A stretch of DNA of 64,000 nt from Myxococcota bacterium (GTDB lineage: Bacteria > Myxococcota_A > UBA796 > SXON01). The notes below the pieces were generated by a model, which was not told the DNA's origin, made no database searches, and saw nothing but the letters and a program-made list of their open reading frames with translations. The position numbers were made by a program, and so were the translations under genes. Where the stretch lies: positions 19,817 through 83,816 of the forward strand of contig JAZKFH010000055.1 in the NCBI GenBank assembly GCA_040386535.1. The letters are read 5' to 3'. How positions within the stretch are numbered: position 1 is the first letter of the stretch; each line of letters starts with the position of its first letter. Shown piece after piece: positions 1-8,878 of the stretch.

Positions 1-58
1 GCCCAGCGACCGCCTGCATGTACGCGGCACGCTACGCGACCGCGACGATGTCCTCCAG

Positions 59-1111
59 GTGCATCTTGACGAGGCCCACCCGCTTGGGAACGTTGTCGTC
101 ACCGACGATGCTACGCCACCGGATGTGAACGTGCCATTCGCTGTCGCGGGTGGCGTGGCTTGGGTCCGCCGCTCCGAGGGGTGGGTCGCGCTCCCCACGA
201 TCGGCACGGCCGCGGGCGTGCTGGCGCGCAACGCCGGCGTGCTCGAGAGCTCCCTGCTCGCCGATGCGTCGGTCGCCGTCATTGGGCTCGGGAGCGGAGG
301 CGCCATCATCGCTGACCAGCTCGCAAGGGCTGGGGTGGGGCGCTTGGTGCTCGTCGACCGCGACCGCATCGAGGTCGAGAACGTCGGTCGCCACCTCTGC
401 GACCTCACGGACCTCGGCCGCCGCAAGACCGCCGCCGTGGCGGATCGGGTGCGCTCGCGGAACCCGGCGCTGCGCGTCGACACCTTCGACCTCGACGTGC
501 TCGAGGAGCCCGACGCCCTCCGGGCCGCGGTCGAGGGCTGCGCCGTGCTCATCGGCGCAACGGACGGGAACGCGAGCCGCCGCGTCGTGAACCGGCTCGC
601 GGTCGAGACCGGGCGGCCGGCCATCTTCGGCCGCGCATACACCCGCGCCTCCGGCGGCGATGTCGCGCGCGTGGCACCTGGGGGCCCCTGCTACGACTGT
701 CTGTACGCGGGGTTCGTGGCCGACGAAGAGGTGGCGTCATCGCGCTCCGCGGGCGCGCCTGCCTACGCCGACACCCCCGTGCTCGCGGAGCCCGGCCTGG
801 CGCTCGACATCCTCCCCATCGCGCTCATGTGCGCACGGTTGGCGGTGCAGGAGCTCGTGCGCGGCCGCGGCTCCTCGCTGGAGAGCCTCGACGAGGACTT
901 CCCCGGCGCGCTCTTCCTCTGGGCCAACCGGCGCGAGGGGCAGTTCGCCGAGTGGGCGCCCATGCGCTTCGGCCATCGCGGCTTCGCGGTGCACCGCTGG
1001 TATGGCCTCTCGGCCCCACGCAATCCCCGGTGCCCGACCTGCAACGAGGACGCCTTCCTCGCGACCCTGCTCGAGAGCGAGGGGGTGTGCGACCCCCAAT
1101 CCCCGTCCTGA
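59..1111 (+). CDS. ThiF/MoeB/E1-like adenylyltransferase (ubiquitin-activating-enzyme superfamily); N-terminus may continue beyond the window edge
   Basis: Rossmann motif 'VAVIGLGSGGAIIADQLARAGVGRLVLVDRDRIEVENVGRH' is typical of ThiF/MoeB/E1. Two CxxC pairs ('GGPCYDCLY', 'PRCPTCNE') resemble the Zn site of MoeB/ThiF/MccB. The frame stays open back to nt 2, so GTG-59 is only the first in-window start. Confidence 0.8.
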   Translation: MHLDEAHPLGNVVVTDDATPPDVNVPFAVAGGVAWVRRSEGWVALPTIGTAAGVLARNAGVLESSLLADASVAVIGLGSGGAIIADQLARAGVGRLVLVDRDRIEVENVGRHLCDLTDLGRRKTAAVADRVRSRNPALRVDTFDLDVLEEPDALRAAVEGCAVLIGATDGNASRRVVNRLAVETGRPAIFGRAYTRASGGDVARVAPGGPCYDCLYAGFVADEEVASSRSAGAPAYADTPVLAEPGLALDILPIALMCARLAVQELVRGRGSSLESLDEDFPGALFLWANRREGQFAEWAPMRFGHRGFAVHRWYGLSAPRNPRCPTCNEDAFLATLLESEGVCDPQSPS

Positions 1112-1168
1112 TTGGAGTCCCCATTGACCGACCGCAGCCGTCCCTCCCTCCCGTTTTTGGAGCCCGCC

Positions 1169-1936
1169 ATGGACCCCGTCCCCCGCGTCGTCCCCGACGC
1201 CATCCTGTCGCACCCTGACGCCGACGGTCGGCGGGAGGAGCTGTTCTTCGACCGGGGCAGCGGCCGCCTCGTCGTGCACCGTCCGGACGAGGCCACCGCC
1301 GACGAGGTCCCCGCCACGGAGATGGCCCGCACGGGCTTCTTCGCGGAGAACGTTTCGGGGGAAAACCGCGCGGTCCTCCATCGCCTCGAGCGGATCACCG
1401 ATGAGAGCGACGACGAGCTCGTCTTCGACCCCTCGACCGGCAAGCTCATCGTCCAGCGGCGGGGCGCCCCCCCGCCAAGCCCGGACTCGGTCTCCGCCGT
1501 CACGATGGCGCGGACCGGGTTCTTCTCCGGCTCCTCGGCGGTCGGCCCCTTCGCGGAAGGACTCCGGGACGGCGCCAACGGCGTGGACCGCTCGGGCGCC
1601 ACCGCGGTGAGGCACGGCATGCGCGCCGTCGGGGTCCTGGGCGCGGGGACCGCCGGCGCGGCGCTGGCCGGGGCCGGCAGCCTCACCGGGTACGCCGGGC
1701 TCGCCACGGGCGTCTCGACCCTCGGTCTGGGTGGCGCCACCACGACGATCGCATCGGTGGCGGGGCTCACCGCGGCCACGGGCGCGCCCCTCGCCGGCGC
1801 GGCCGCCACGTCGGCGGTGGTCGCTGCTGTGGGCGGGCCGCTTATCGCGGCGGCCGCGGTCGTGGGGGGCGTGGCGGCCGTCGGCTACGGGATCTACAAG
1901 GCGGGCAGTTGGATCGGTGAGGCGTTGTTCGGGTGA
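1169..1936 (+). CDS. Hypothetical protein with two internal ~55-aa repeats and a Gly/Ala-rich glycine-zipper-like hydrophobic C-terminal region
   Basis: ATG-1169 is preceded by GGAG (1159-1162); the ORF track's earliest start is TTG-1112, directly after the E1-like stop. Repeats are 'ELFFDRGSGRLVVHR..EMARTGFFAENVSG' and 'ELVFDPSTGKLIVQRR..TMARTGFFSGSS'. The tail is 'GVLGAGTAGAALAGAGSLTGYAGLATG...AAVVGGVAAVGYGIY' and the protein ends '...IGEALFG'. No family recognised. Confidence 0.6.
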   Translation: MDPVPRVVPDAILSHPDADGRREELFFDRGSGRLVVHRPDEATADEVPATEMARTGFFAENVSGENRAVLHRLERITDESDDELVFDPSTGKLIVQRRGAPPPSPDSVSAVTMARTGFFSGSSAVGPFAEGLRDGANGVDRSGATAVRHGMRAVGVLGAGTAGAALAGAGSLTGYAGLATGVSTLGLGGATTTIASVAGLTAATGAPLAGAAATSAVVAAVGGPLIAAAAVVGGVAAVGYGIYKAGSWIGEALFG

Positions 1937-1952
1937 GGGCGACGGGGCGCGC

Positions 1953-2633
1953 GTGGCCATCGTCTCCGACCTCCACGTCGAACGCGGGGGCGAACTGCCA
2001 GGCGAGGTCGACGCCGACGTGCTCGTCGTCGCCGGTGATCTCGGCGACGCACGCCACGTCGAGGATGCACTCGCTGCCTTGTCCGACAGGGCGCCGGTGG
2101 TCGTATACGTCGCGGGCAACCACGAGTACTACGGGGCGGGCCCAGCGGAGACCAGCGAGCGGCTAGCCCGTGCGGCAGCCCGTCTGGGGAACCTCCGCTG
2201 GCTCGATTGTTCCGTCGTGGACGTGGCCGGCTTGCGCTTCGCCGGCACGACGTTGTGGTATCCGCGGCGCGCGTGGAGCGGGCGTCTGCTCGACGCGGTC
2301 GCGCCCGATGCTCTGTTCGTCCGGGATCTCGCTCCCTGGGTTCACGAGGAGGCTGCCCGCGCCGCCTCGTTCGTCGCGAACGCGGACGCCGACATCCTGG
2401 TGACCCATCACCTCCCTACCTGGCGCAGCGCATCCCGCCGCCTCCGTGATGCGGCCCTGAACGCGTATTTCGTGCACGACCTGGAACCTCACCTCGGTCG
2501 GTTTCGCCTCGTCGTGCATGGGCACACCCACCGGGCGTTGGACTACCAGGTCGGGAGGTCCCGAGTGGTGTGCCATCCGTGCAGGGCGAGGCCCCGCGTC
2601 ATCGAGGTGGCGCCGCGGGTCGCGGGGGTTTGA
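1953..2633 (+). CDS. Calcineurin-like metallophosphoesterase
   Basis: Ordered metallophosphoesterase motifs: 'IVSDLH', 'VVAGDLGD', 'VAGNHEYYG', 'LVTHHLP', 'VVHGHTHRA'. The start is taken as in-frame GTG-1953, just after the upstream stop (1934-1936). The long ORF 1731-2633 overlaps the previous gene and its 5' part is Arg/Pro-rich junk. Confidence 0.8.
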   Translation: MAIVSDLHVERGGELPGEVDADVLVVAGDLGDARHVEDALAALSDRAPVVVYVAGNHEYYGAGPAETSERLARAAARLGNLRWLDCSVVDVAGLRFAGTTLWYPRRAWSGRLLDAVAPDALFVRDLAPWVHEEAARAASFVANADADILVTHHLPTWRSASRRLRDAALNAYFVHDLEPHLGRFRLVVHGHTHRALDYQVGRSRVVCHPCRARPRVIEVAPRVAGV

Positions 2634-2797
2634 TCGAACCTGTCAGTCGAGGACCCTCGTCGGGCCCGAGGACGACGAGGCTTCAGCGCGCATCGAGGCC
2701 AACGCCCTCCGGCTCGACGAGGAAGACCAGGAAGCGGCCGCGGCGAAGTTGGGCGCACACCGCGCACGGGCGATTACACCGTTACTTCGGAGCTACC

Positions 2798-3721
2798 ATG
2801 CCTCCTCGCGTCCCCGCGCTCCGTGTGTTCGTCGCGACCCGGGCCGTAGACGTATCGGCCGCCTGCCGTCGGTATCTGTCCGTCGATGGGTCGGTCCCGG
2901 GCGCACTCTGCACGTGGGATCACCATGTCACCGGAGAGGACATCAACCTCGACGCGATGCCGGACAGCATCGATCTGACCGGCATCGATGGTGTGGGCAC
3001 CACCCTCGCCGACACCGACGCGCTCGCCAGCGTGGTCGCGGTGCTGCTCGGGGGGCGCGCCTATTTGCCTCCACGGGCCCGGGCGGTGCTCGAGGCCGCC
3101 AGTCACCGCTGTGACCACCTGTTGCGGCAGCCCGACTATGACGGTCACACCGACCGACTGGGTGCGCGGCTCCACGCGTTCGTGAGCGCCAGCCTCGCGC
3201 GCCAGCCCGTTCAGGCGCGCGGCTCGGAGTTCGCCCGCCTCTGCCGTCTCGTCGCGCGGCGCGTGATGGCCGGCCGGAGCCTGCCTGGCGCCAGCCCGCC
3301 ATCGTGGAAGCGCGCCCTCCGGCTCCTCGCAGAGGACGCCCGGGTGCGCGTTCGGGGACCCTTGTTCGTGGCCGACCTGCGAGGCTTGCCGCCCGAGCGC
3401 GTTCCAGCGCCCGATGCGCTTTACGCGGCCCATCCTACCTGCATCGCGGCGGTGTTTGTCTCGGACCACCGCGTTGGCGGCACCGCCTACACTGTGGGGC
3501 GCAACCCGCTCAACCCCGCGGCACTCCGAGACATCGGACCGGTGCTCGCCGCGCTCGCGAAGGCGGAATTCGCGCATGGGCCCCCGGCAGAGCTCGCAAG
3601 GCCGGGGGCCGCCTCCGAGAACTGGGGCGGGCGGCGTGAGGTCGGGGGCTCGCCGTGGAACTATGGGTCGAGGCTGTCGATCGATACGGTTGTTGGGTTG
3701 GTGGAGGAGGGGATTGGGTGA
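2798..3721 (+). CDS. Hypothetical protein, last gene of the E1-like cluster
   Basis: ATG-2798 lies inside ORF 2570-3721, whose upstream part is Arg/Ser-rich and non-protein-like. The composition is plausible for a globular protein. The competing antisense ORF 2774-3577 is Arg/Gly-rich. No family recognised. Confidence 0.55.
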   Translation: MPPRVPALRVFVATRAVDVSAACRRYLSVDGSVPGALCTWDHHVTGEDINLDAMPDSIDLTGIDGVGTTLADTDALASVVAVLLGGRAYLPPRARAVLEAASHRCDHLLRQPDYDGHTDRLGARLHAFVSASLARQPVQARGSEFARLCRLVARRVMAGRSLPGASPPSWKRALRLLAEDARVRVRGPLFVADLRGLPPERVPAPDALYAAHPTCIAAVFVSDHRVGGTAYTVGRNPLNPAALRDIGPVLAALAKAEFAHGPPAELARPGAASENWGGRREVGGSPWNYGSRLSIDTVVGLVEEGIG

Positions 3722-3860
3722 CAGCCCTCCGGGCGCGATTCACGGTCCATCGCTGTCCTGCCGCGCAGCAGGAGGTCGCAATGTAGAGCTTTCGACGACC
3801 TTGTTCCGATGCTGGCTCTTCTTCGCCGCCTGGGAGAAGCGGACGCCTCGTTTGGCGCCC

Positions 3861-6593
3861 TCAGTCGCACGCTGTGCGCAGGCGCTCGAAGTGGCGCGCA
3901 AGGTCCGGCCCACGGTAGATCTGCGCGAGGGGAGCGGAGGCCATCGCCACCTCGGCGCGGAGCTCCTCGCGAGATGGGCCTGAGGACGCCGCGCCCCAGA
4001 CCGCCGCAGACGTCGGCGGCGCGGCGCCTCGACAGAGTTGAACCGCGAGCGCCGCGGTCCGGAGCTGGCCCATCCTCGGTCCAGACAACGGCGCGGCCTG
4101 CAGCACCACCTCCAGCCGCTCCGTCTGCCCGTCAGCCGCCAAGACGAGGCTCGCGCGCACGACGCACCTCTCAGCGGCCGTGCGGTCGATGCTGGTCAGG
4201 TGACCCATCTGGCCAAGGAGTGCGTCTTGTGCACCAATCTCCGCGGCGGTGTGACATGCCAGGAGCACGGCGGCCCCGCGATGGGGGCCCTCCGTGCGAG
4301 CGAGGGCCGTGAGGCGCGCGTGGAGAGTGTCCACTGGGCGCCCCGGCTCGGCGTGAAGAAGCGCCAGCTCCGCGCTCGCTACGCAGGCCAGCCACTCCGG
4401 GTCGAGCGGCTCTGGCCTCGCCGTGAGCAGCGCGTGCGCAACCGTTGCCAGCGCGGCGGAATTGTCCGCGACGGGCGCAAGGACGGGGCTTTCGGCCAGG
4501 AGTGGCGGCACGAGCGAGCATCCGAGCGCCGTAGCGTTCGCCGTCCGCAGACGGGGCGCTTCGGCGACTCGACCGGGGTTCCCTCTCGGGCGCTCCTCTC
4601 CTGTCTCCACCACAACCCAGGCCTGCGAGAACAGGGTCTGGAGCGCGACGATGTCGGCCTCCCTCAACCGCGCCACCTGTTCATCGGCCGTGAGCGCTGG
4701 ATCGCTGACTGCGAGCCAGTCCCTCACCCCCGCGGGGGCGCCCGTCGCCAGCCGGGCCCATGCCGCATGCCCCCCGGGGACGGTCGACAACGCGGCGAGG
4801 TTGGTTGCCGTCCGCCAGTCGATCGGGGGTGCGGAACCGACGACGACTTCATCGAACGTCCGCCCCTGTGGGCAGACCGCGTTCGACGGGAGGTCGACCT
4901 CCCAGCGCAGCACGGCCCGGCCGGGTTCGTCCACGAAGGGAGGTGTGTCGGCGGCGAACCGCGCGCGCAGATCGGGTGCGAGCGCCACCCAGACGGGCTG
5001 GTCCCGGCAGGTAGCGTGGGCTTCCGGCCACCGCTCGGGTTGCTCCCTCGCCTCTCGCCAGGCGGACAGGCACCCGCGCGCCAGCTCGGCACCGAGGATT
5101 CGGGCCACCACTTCGGGATACCAACCGCTGTCAGAGAGGGCGGCGCGCACAGTGGGCACGTCGCCCGGTTGCCCGCGGACGGCGTCGAGCAGCCATCCCC
5201 CGAAGGCGCGCTCGGATCCTGTGATCAGCGGAGCACCGAGCCGCGTGCGGTCGGCGCTCCGCCAGGTCACAGCGGGGAGCACCTCGCTGCAGAAGCGGGC
5301 AGGCTCCAGGAGCGCCTCCCCGAGCGCAAGGGAGATCCGCTCGCTCGTCCCCCTGTCGTCGGCACACTCGGCGACGTGCGGCCGCAGGGACGCCACCCTC
5401 TCCGCGAGCGGCTGGTCGACGTGAAGCTCGGCGGCCGCAATCGGGAGGCATCCGCACCGGCCGAATCCGCTCGCTCCGAGGCTCGCGCATGCGGCTTGGG
5501 CCAAGCCGCCGAGCGTCTCGGGTTTCCAGAAGGCCCACCCCATCAGGCCGAATGTGGCGCCCAGCATCCCTATCACCGCGGACGCAGCCACTCCCGTCAT
5601 CAGGGAGCTCCGCATCCGCACGCTGGCCGCCATCGCCGCCGTTCGTCGGGCCTCGTCCGCGAGGTACCGCATGCCGACGAGACAGTGACGCGCCGGGAGA
5701 TCGAGGGGACTGTGCTCGAGGGAGGTCTGCAGATAAACCAGGGGGCGCGGGAGCCGGAGGCCTTCGAGGTCCACCAGGAGGTCAGCGCATACTGCGCGCG
5801 TGCACGCGTCGACCCGGAAGTACGCCCGAGCGCGTGCCTCCTCGCCGCCGGTCTCCGCGCGCCGGAGCGCTTCGTAGGCGTCCCTCAGCTCCTGCTGAGC
5901 GCTATCTCCCTCGTCGGGGTCGGCGCCGAAGCTCAGGAGGTCCGCGAAGCCGATCTGGATGGACGAGGCGAGTCCGGAGCAGTCCGCTCCACACCGGGAG
6001 AGGAGGGCGTCGACAAAGTTGGCGCTGTCGCGAAGGTCTTGCCGGACTTCGTGCAGGCCGGGGGCCGACTGCCGAATGGCCCGCTCGTAGGCCGTGCGTT
6101 CGGTGGAGGCGTTCACCCGGCCCCGGCCCACCACCTCACGGTCTCCCCCGACGGGTCTCAGGAACACGACCACGCCCGCCATCCGGGCCCCCTGCAGGAT
6201 CTCGTGGAGCTGGTCTCGCGCCGCGCGGCGGGCCTCCTCGACCTCCCGATGGGCCACCTCCGACGCCGCGGCGGGCTCCTCGGCGGGTGTCGCCACGGCG
6301 ACGTTCAACCTCGGCCGAACCACGTCCCCTGGCAGGTCGATCACCCGGAACACCTTCCTCCGCGGCATGAACAGCAGCCACTCGTCGACGCCTTGCGTGG
6401 GGCTTGCGGCGCTCGGCCGCTCCTCCAGGGTGATGCTTCCGTCTGGGTTGCGGCGCACGAGGCGGCTGCCCTGGTAGTCCTTCCACCGCTCCAGCGTCCG
6501 CGACTTGCCGCAGCGGCGCGGCGCCACGAGCAAAATCGTTGGCAGAGCTTCGAGCTCAGAGCGCGTGCGTGGCAGTTTCGGGGTCCCCCTCAT
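3861..6593 (-). CDS. Large (910 aa) membrane-associated P-loop GTPase-like protein
   Basis: N-terminal Walker A/G1 'LLVAPRRCGKS' and a G3-like 'VIDLPGD'. Mid-protein hydrophobic helix 'LMTGVAASAVIGMLGATFGLMGWAFW'. About 550 aa of uncharacterised C-terminal region. ATG-6593 overlaps the stop of the upstream kinase-HEPN gene (ATGA). Confidence 0.7.
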   Translation of the reverse strand: MRGTPKLPRTRSELEALPTILLVAPRRCGKSRTLERWKDYQGSRLVRRNPDGSITLEERPSAASPTQGVDEWLLFMPRRKVFRVIDLPGDVVRPRLNVAVATPAEEPAAASEVAHREVEEARRAARDQLHEILQGARMAGVVVFLRPVGGDREVVGRGRVNASTERTAYERAIRQSAPGLHEVRQDLRDSANFVDALLSRCGADCSGLASSIQIGFADLLSFGADPDEGDSAQQELRDAYEALRRAETGGEEARARAYFRVDACTRAVCADLLVDLEGLRLPRPLVYLQTSLEHSPLDLPARHCLVGMRYLADEARRTAAMAASVRMRSSLMTGVAASAVIGMLGATFGLMGWAFWKPETLGGLAQAACASLGASGFGRCGCLPIAAAELHVDQPLAERVASLRPHVAECADDRGTSERISLALGEALLEPARFCSEVLPAVTWRSADRTRLGAPLITGSERAFGGWLLDAVRGQPGDVPTVRAALSDSGWYPEVVARILGAELARGCLSAWREAREQPERWPEAHATCRDQPVWVALAPDLRARFAADTPPFVDEPGRAVLRWEVDLPSNAVCPQGRTFDEVVVGSAPPIDWRTATNLAALSTVPGGHAAWARLATGAPAGVRDWLAVSDPALTADEQVARLREADIVALQTLFSQAWVVVETGEERPRGNPGRVAEAPRLRTANATALGCSLVPPLLAESPVLAPVADNSAALATVAHALLTARPEPLDPEWLACVASAELALLHAEPGRPVDTLHARLTALARTEGPHRGAAVLLACHTAAEIGAQDALLGQMGHLTSIDRTAAERCVVRASLVLAADGQTERLEVVLQAAPLSGPRMGQLRTAALAVQLCRGAAPPTSAAVWGAASSGPSREELRAEVAMASAPLAQIYRGPDLARHFERLRTACD

Positions 6594-8335
6594 GGTGTCC
6601 GTCCCTCCCGGGCACGTGAGGCCTCCGACAGCTGTAGGTCGAGGAGCGAGTCCAACGCCGCCAAGCCGCGGTCCAGCGCGGGTAGAGTGGAGTTGGTGTG
6701 TACCGCCCGATTGCGAAGGGCGTTCACCCAGAACGGGACCTGATCCTTGGGCCGGCGCAAGTCCGCCAGGAAGAGGCGCACGTACGGATCGTTCATCCCG
6801 GGTCCTTCATCAAGGCCCCGCAGGAGCGTGAAAACCTTGTGTGCCCCCGCCATGCCAAACGAGGAGTCCCCATGCTTGAGCTTCCACAAGTCCTCGGCGG
6901 TCGTCCCGCGTGCGGTGGCCACGTGCTGGAGAACGGCCTTGTAGAGCCCTTCCATGGCGTTGTTTAGCTCCACGAGTTGCCCTCTGCGCGTCGTCTCCGA
7001 GGCTTCCGGGGAGCGGGCTGGCGAGAGGTAGTGCTGGACCCGGATGATGGCCTGCTCGATGACGTGGAGCCGCGGGTCCGGGTGCGACGCGCGCTGGAGG
7101 GGGCCACGCGGTCGTAGCGCATGCGCGAACTCCGTGCAGGAGGCAAAGCGCTTCTCCGGGTCCACGGAGAGCGCACGCTGGATGGCGGCGTTCTGCGAGG
7201 AGCCAAGGCCCGGAATGACCGATGGGGCCTGCTCGTCGTCTTCGAGCTCCCGGCCAAGGACCACGGCGAGAAACACCCGCGCGAGGCTGAACTGATCGGA
7301 GGCCTGGCGGGAGAGCCTCTCGCGCTGCTCCGGGGCGGCATAAGGTGGGGACAGCCCATGAAATTCACTGCCGCTGAGCGTGATTCCGCCGTCGGCCCGC
7401 GGACCGACCTCTCCCCGGATGGAGATTCCGAAGTCGGTGATGCAGTACTCCGGGGCGCCATCTCCCGTCGACCGCAGGATGTTTGCCGGCTTGACGTCGA
7501 GATGGAGCACGTGCTTCGCGTGGGCGTGATCCAGCCCCGCTGCTATCTGTCGCACCATCTCAACCGCCTCCGCAGGCGCCCAGGGGGCGCGGAGGTGGTT
7601 GTCAAGGGAGAGGCCGCCGTGATGCAGCACCGCGTAGAGCCCCACCTCCGGTTGCTGCTCAAGGAGCAGGTAGCCGCAAATGTTGCTGTGGCGGAGCCTG
7701 GTCGCGAGAAGGTACTCGTCCTTCAATCGCACGCGGTGCTCCTGGCGTGTCGCCACCTTGAGCACGCGTGGTTGTCCGGAGCCTTCCTCCTCCACGGCGT
7801 ACGCGGTGGAGAAGCCGCCCTCCCCAAGGGGGCCGACCACGCGCCACCGATGGCCCACGAGCTGTCCCTTCTGGAGGGGCTGAGGTTGAATCGTGGAACC
7901 CGACGAATCGGGCTCCGACGCTACCGCCCTGGGCCCCTCTGGACTTGGCGCATTCTGCTGCAGTATCTCCGCAGCCGACACGTCAGGTGCGGTGCGGCGG
8001 CGGAAGGCCGCGGCCGCGAGCTCGGGGAACAGGTCCCCCAGGCCTCCGTCCGGGGCCGCCCCGAGTCGCGAGCGGACCGTCGCGACGTCCAGCCGTGTGG
8101 CGGCGGCGATCGCCGCGTCGAGGTGGGCGCGCCGCGCCAGGTCGACGCGCACTTGGCGCAGCCGCTCCGCCGAGACCGGCCACTCTTGTTCGAATGCCTC
8201 GGCCACCGTGGCGGCAGGAGACGTGTTCAGGCGCTGGGTGACGTGGTGCTTCTCCAGTCCCGTTAGGCGTTGCACCATCCTCGTCTCAGCATCGTCAAGG
8301 CTGCGGACTCTGCGCGAAGCAAGCGGGATCGTCAT
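6590..8335 (-). CDS. Ser/Thr protein kinase with C-terminal HEPN (predicted RNase) domain
   Basis: Hanks kinase motifs: 'GPLGEGGFSTAY', 'RVLKVA', 'HLDVKPANIL', 'ITDFGIS', 'YAAPEQ'. The C-terminal helical domain carries the HEPN Rx4H motif 'ALRNRAVH' (nt 6698-6715, checked on the DNA), preceded by 'MAGAHKVFTLLRGL'. Confidence 0.85.
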   Translation of the reverse strand: MTIPLASRRVRSLDDAETRMVQRLTGLEKHHVTQRLNTSPAATVAEAFEQEWPVSAERLRQVRVDLARRAHLDAAIAAATRLDVATVRSRLGAAPDGGLGDLFPELAAAAFRRRTAPDVSAAEILQQNAPSPEGPRAVASEPDSSGSTIQPQPLQKGQLVGHRWRVVGPLGEGGFSTAYAVEEEGSGQPRVLKVATRQEHRVRLKDEYLLATRLRHSNICGYLLLEQQPEVGLYAVLHHGGLSLDNHLRAPWAPAEAVEMVRQIAAGLDHAHAKHVLHLDVKPANILRSTGDGAPEYCITDFGISIRGEVGPRADGGITLSGSEFHGLSPPYAAPEQRERLSRQASDQFSLARVFLAVVLGRELEDDEQAPSVIPGLGSSQNAAIQRALSVDPEKRFASCTEFAHALRPRGPLQRASHPDPRLHVIEQAIIRVQHYLSPARSPEASETTRRGQLVELNNAMEGLYKAVLQHVATARGTTAEDLWKLKHGDSSFGMAGAHKVFTLLRGLDEGPGMNDPYVRLFLADLRRPKDQVPFWVNALRNRAVHTNSTLPALDRGLAALDSLLDLQLSEASRAREGRTP

Positions 8336-8878
8336 CGGGGTGCAGCATACCGCGGGCGGCGCCTTCTAGGGCCGGAGAGTGACGACGAGAACGCGCCCGA
8401 TTTCGAGGACGAGCACGAGCGTTCGGCGCCAAGCGATAGACGCGTCCCACACAGCCATTTCCTTCACACACGCGTCGCGCCCGACCAACAGCTCGACGAA
8501 CTCGTACCCAGGCGTCGACGTCGACTGCGTCGGCCGAGGGGGCCTACACGGCCCGCTCCACTCCTCGGTCCGGAGGACTCATTGGACCCGCTCGGAGGAG
8601 GCGACGCCCTCTTGTCGGTGCGACTGTCGCAGGGGAGCATCGAACCATCCGCCGAGGCGGGAAGGAGCGGCCAGAGGCGGACGCGGCTGCCCGATGAGGA
8701 CGCCGCCCGAGCCGAGCAACCGCGCACATCGAGCCGCGGACTGCCCGGGCGCCGTTGCGTCGTGAGGCGCTGCTATCCACGAGGGGCGTCGTACTTGGAG
8801 ATGGTGAGAGGGTAGAATTGAGCTGGAACCGCGGGCCGAACCGAACCTGATCGCCCGTCAGACCCCGGGACCCAAACC

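Noticed and set aside
737-2119. 460-aa and 348-aa minus-strand ORFs antisense to the E1-like and glycine-zipper genes
   Set aside because: They are Arg/Gly/Pro-rich shadow ORFs. The plus strand shows the ThiF Rossmann motif and metallophosphoesterase motifs in consecutive, tightly spaced genes.
2798-3721. DHH-family phosphoesterase assignment for the fourth gene of the E1 cluster ('WDHHVTGE', 'TTLADTDALAS')
   Set aside because: The DHH-like tripeptide precedes the DxD-like motif, the reverse of the canonical motif order in the DHH family, and no GGGH motif is seen. It is left as hypothetical.
4038-6743. 901-aa plus-strand ORF covering the same DNA as the minus-strand GTPase-like gene
   Set aside because: The translation is Arg/Gly/Pro-rich with no motifs. 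It is a typical antisense shadow ORF of a high-GC gene. The minus-strand product has Walker A, DxxG, a TM helix and translational coupling to the upstream kinase gene.
8270-8815. 181-aa plus-strand ORF, and the minus-strand ORFs 8464-8727 and 8544-8882, in the spacer between the two kinase-fusion genes
   Set aside because: The translations are Arg/Ser/Pro-rich without hydrophobic periodicity, and no start-site signal is present. They are treated as non-coding.
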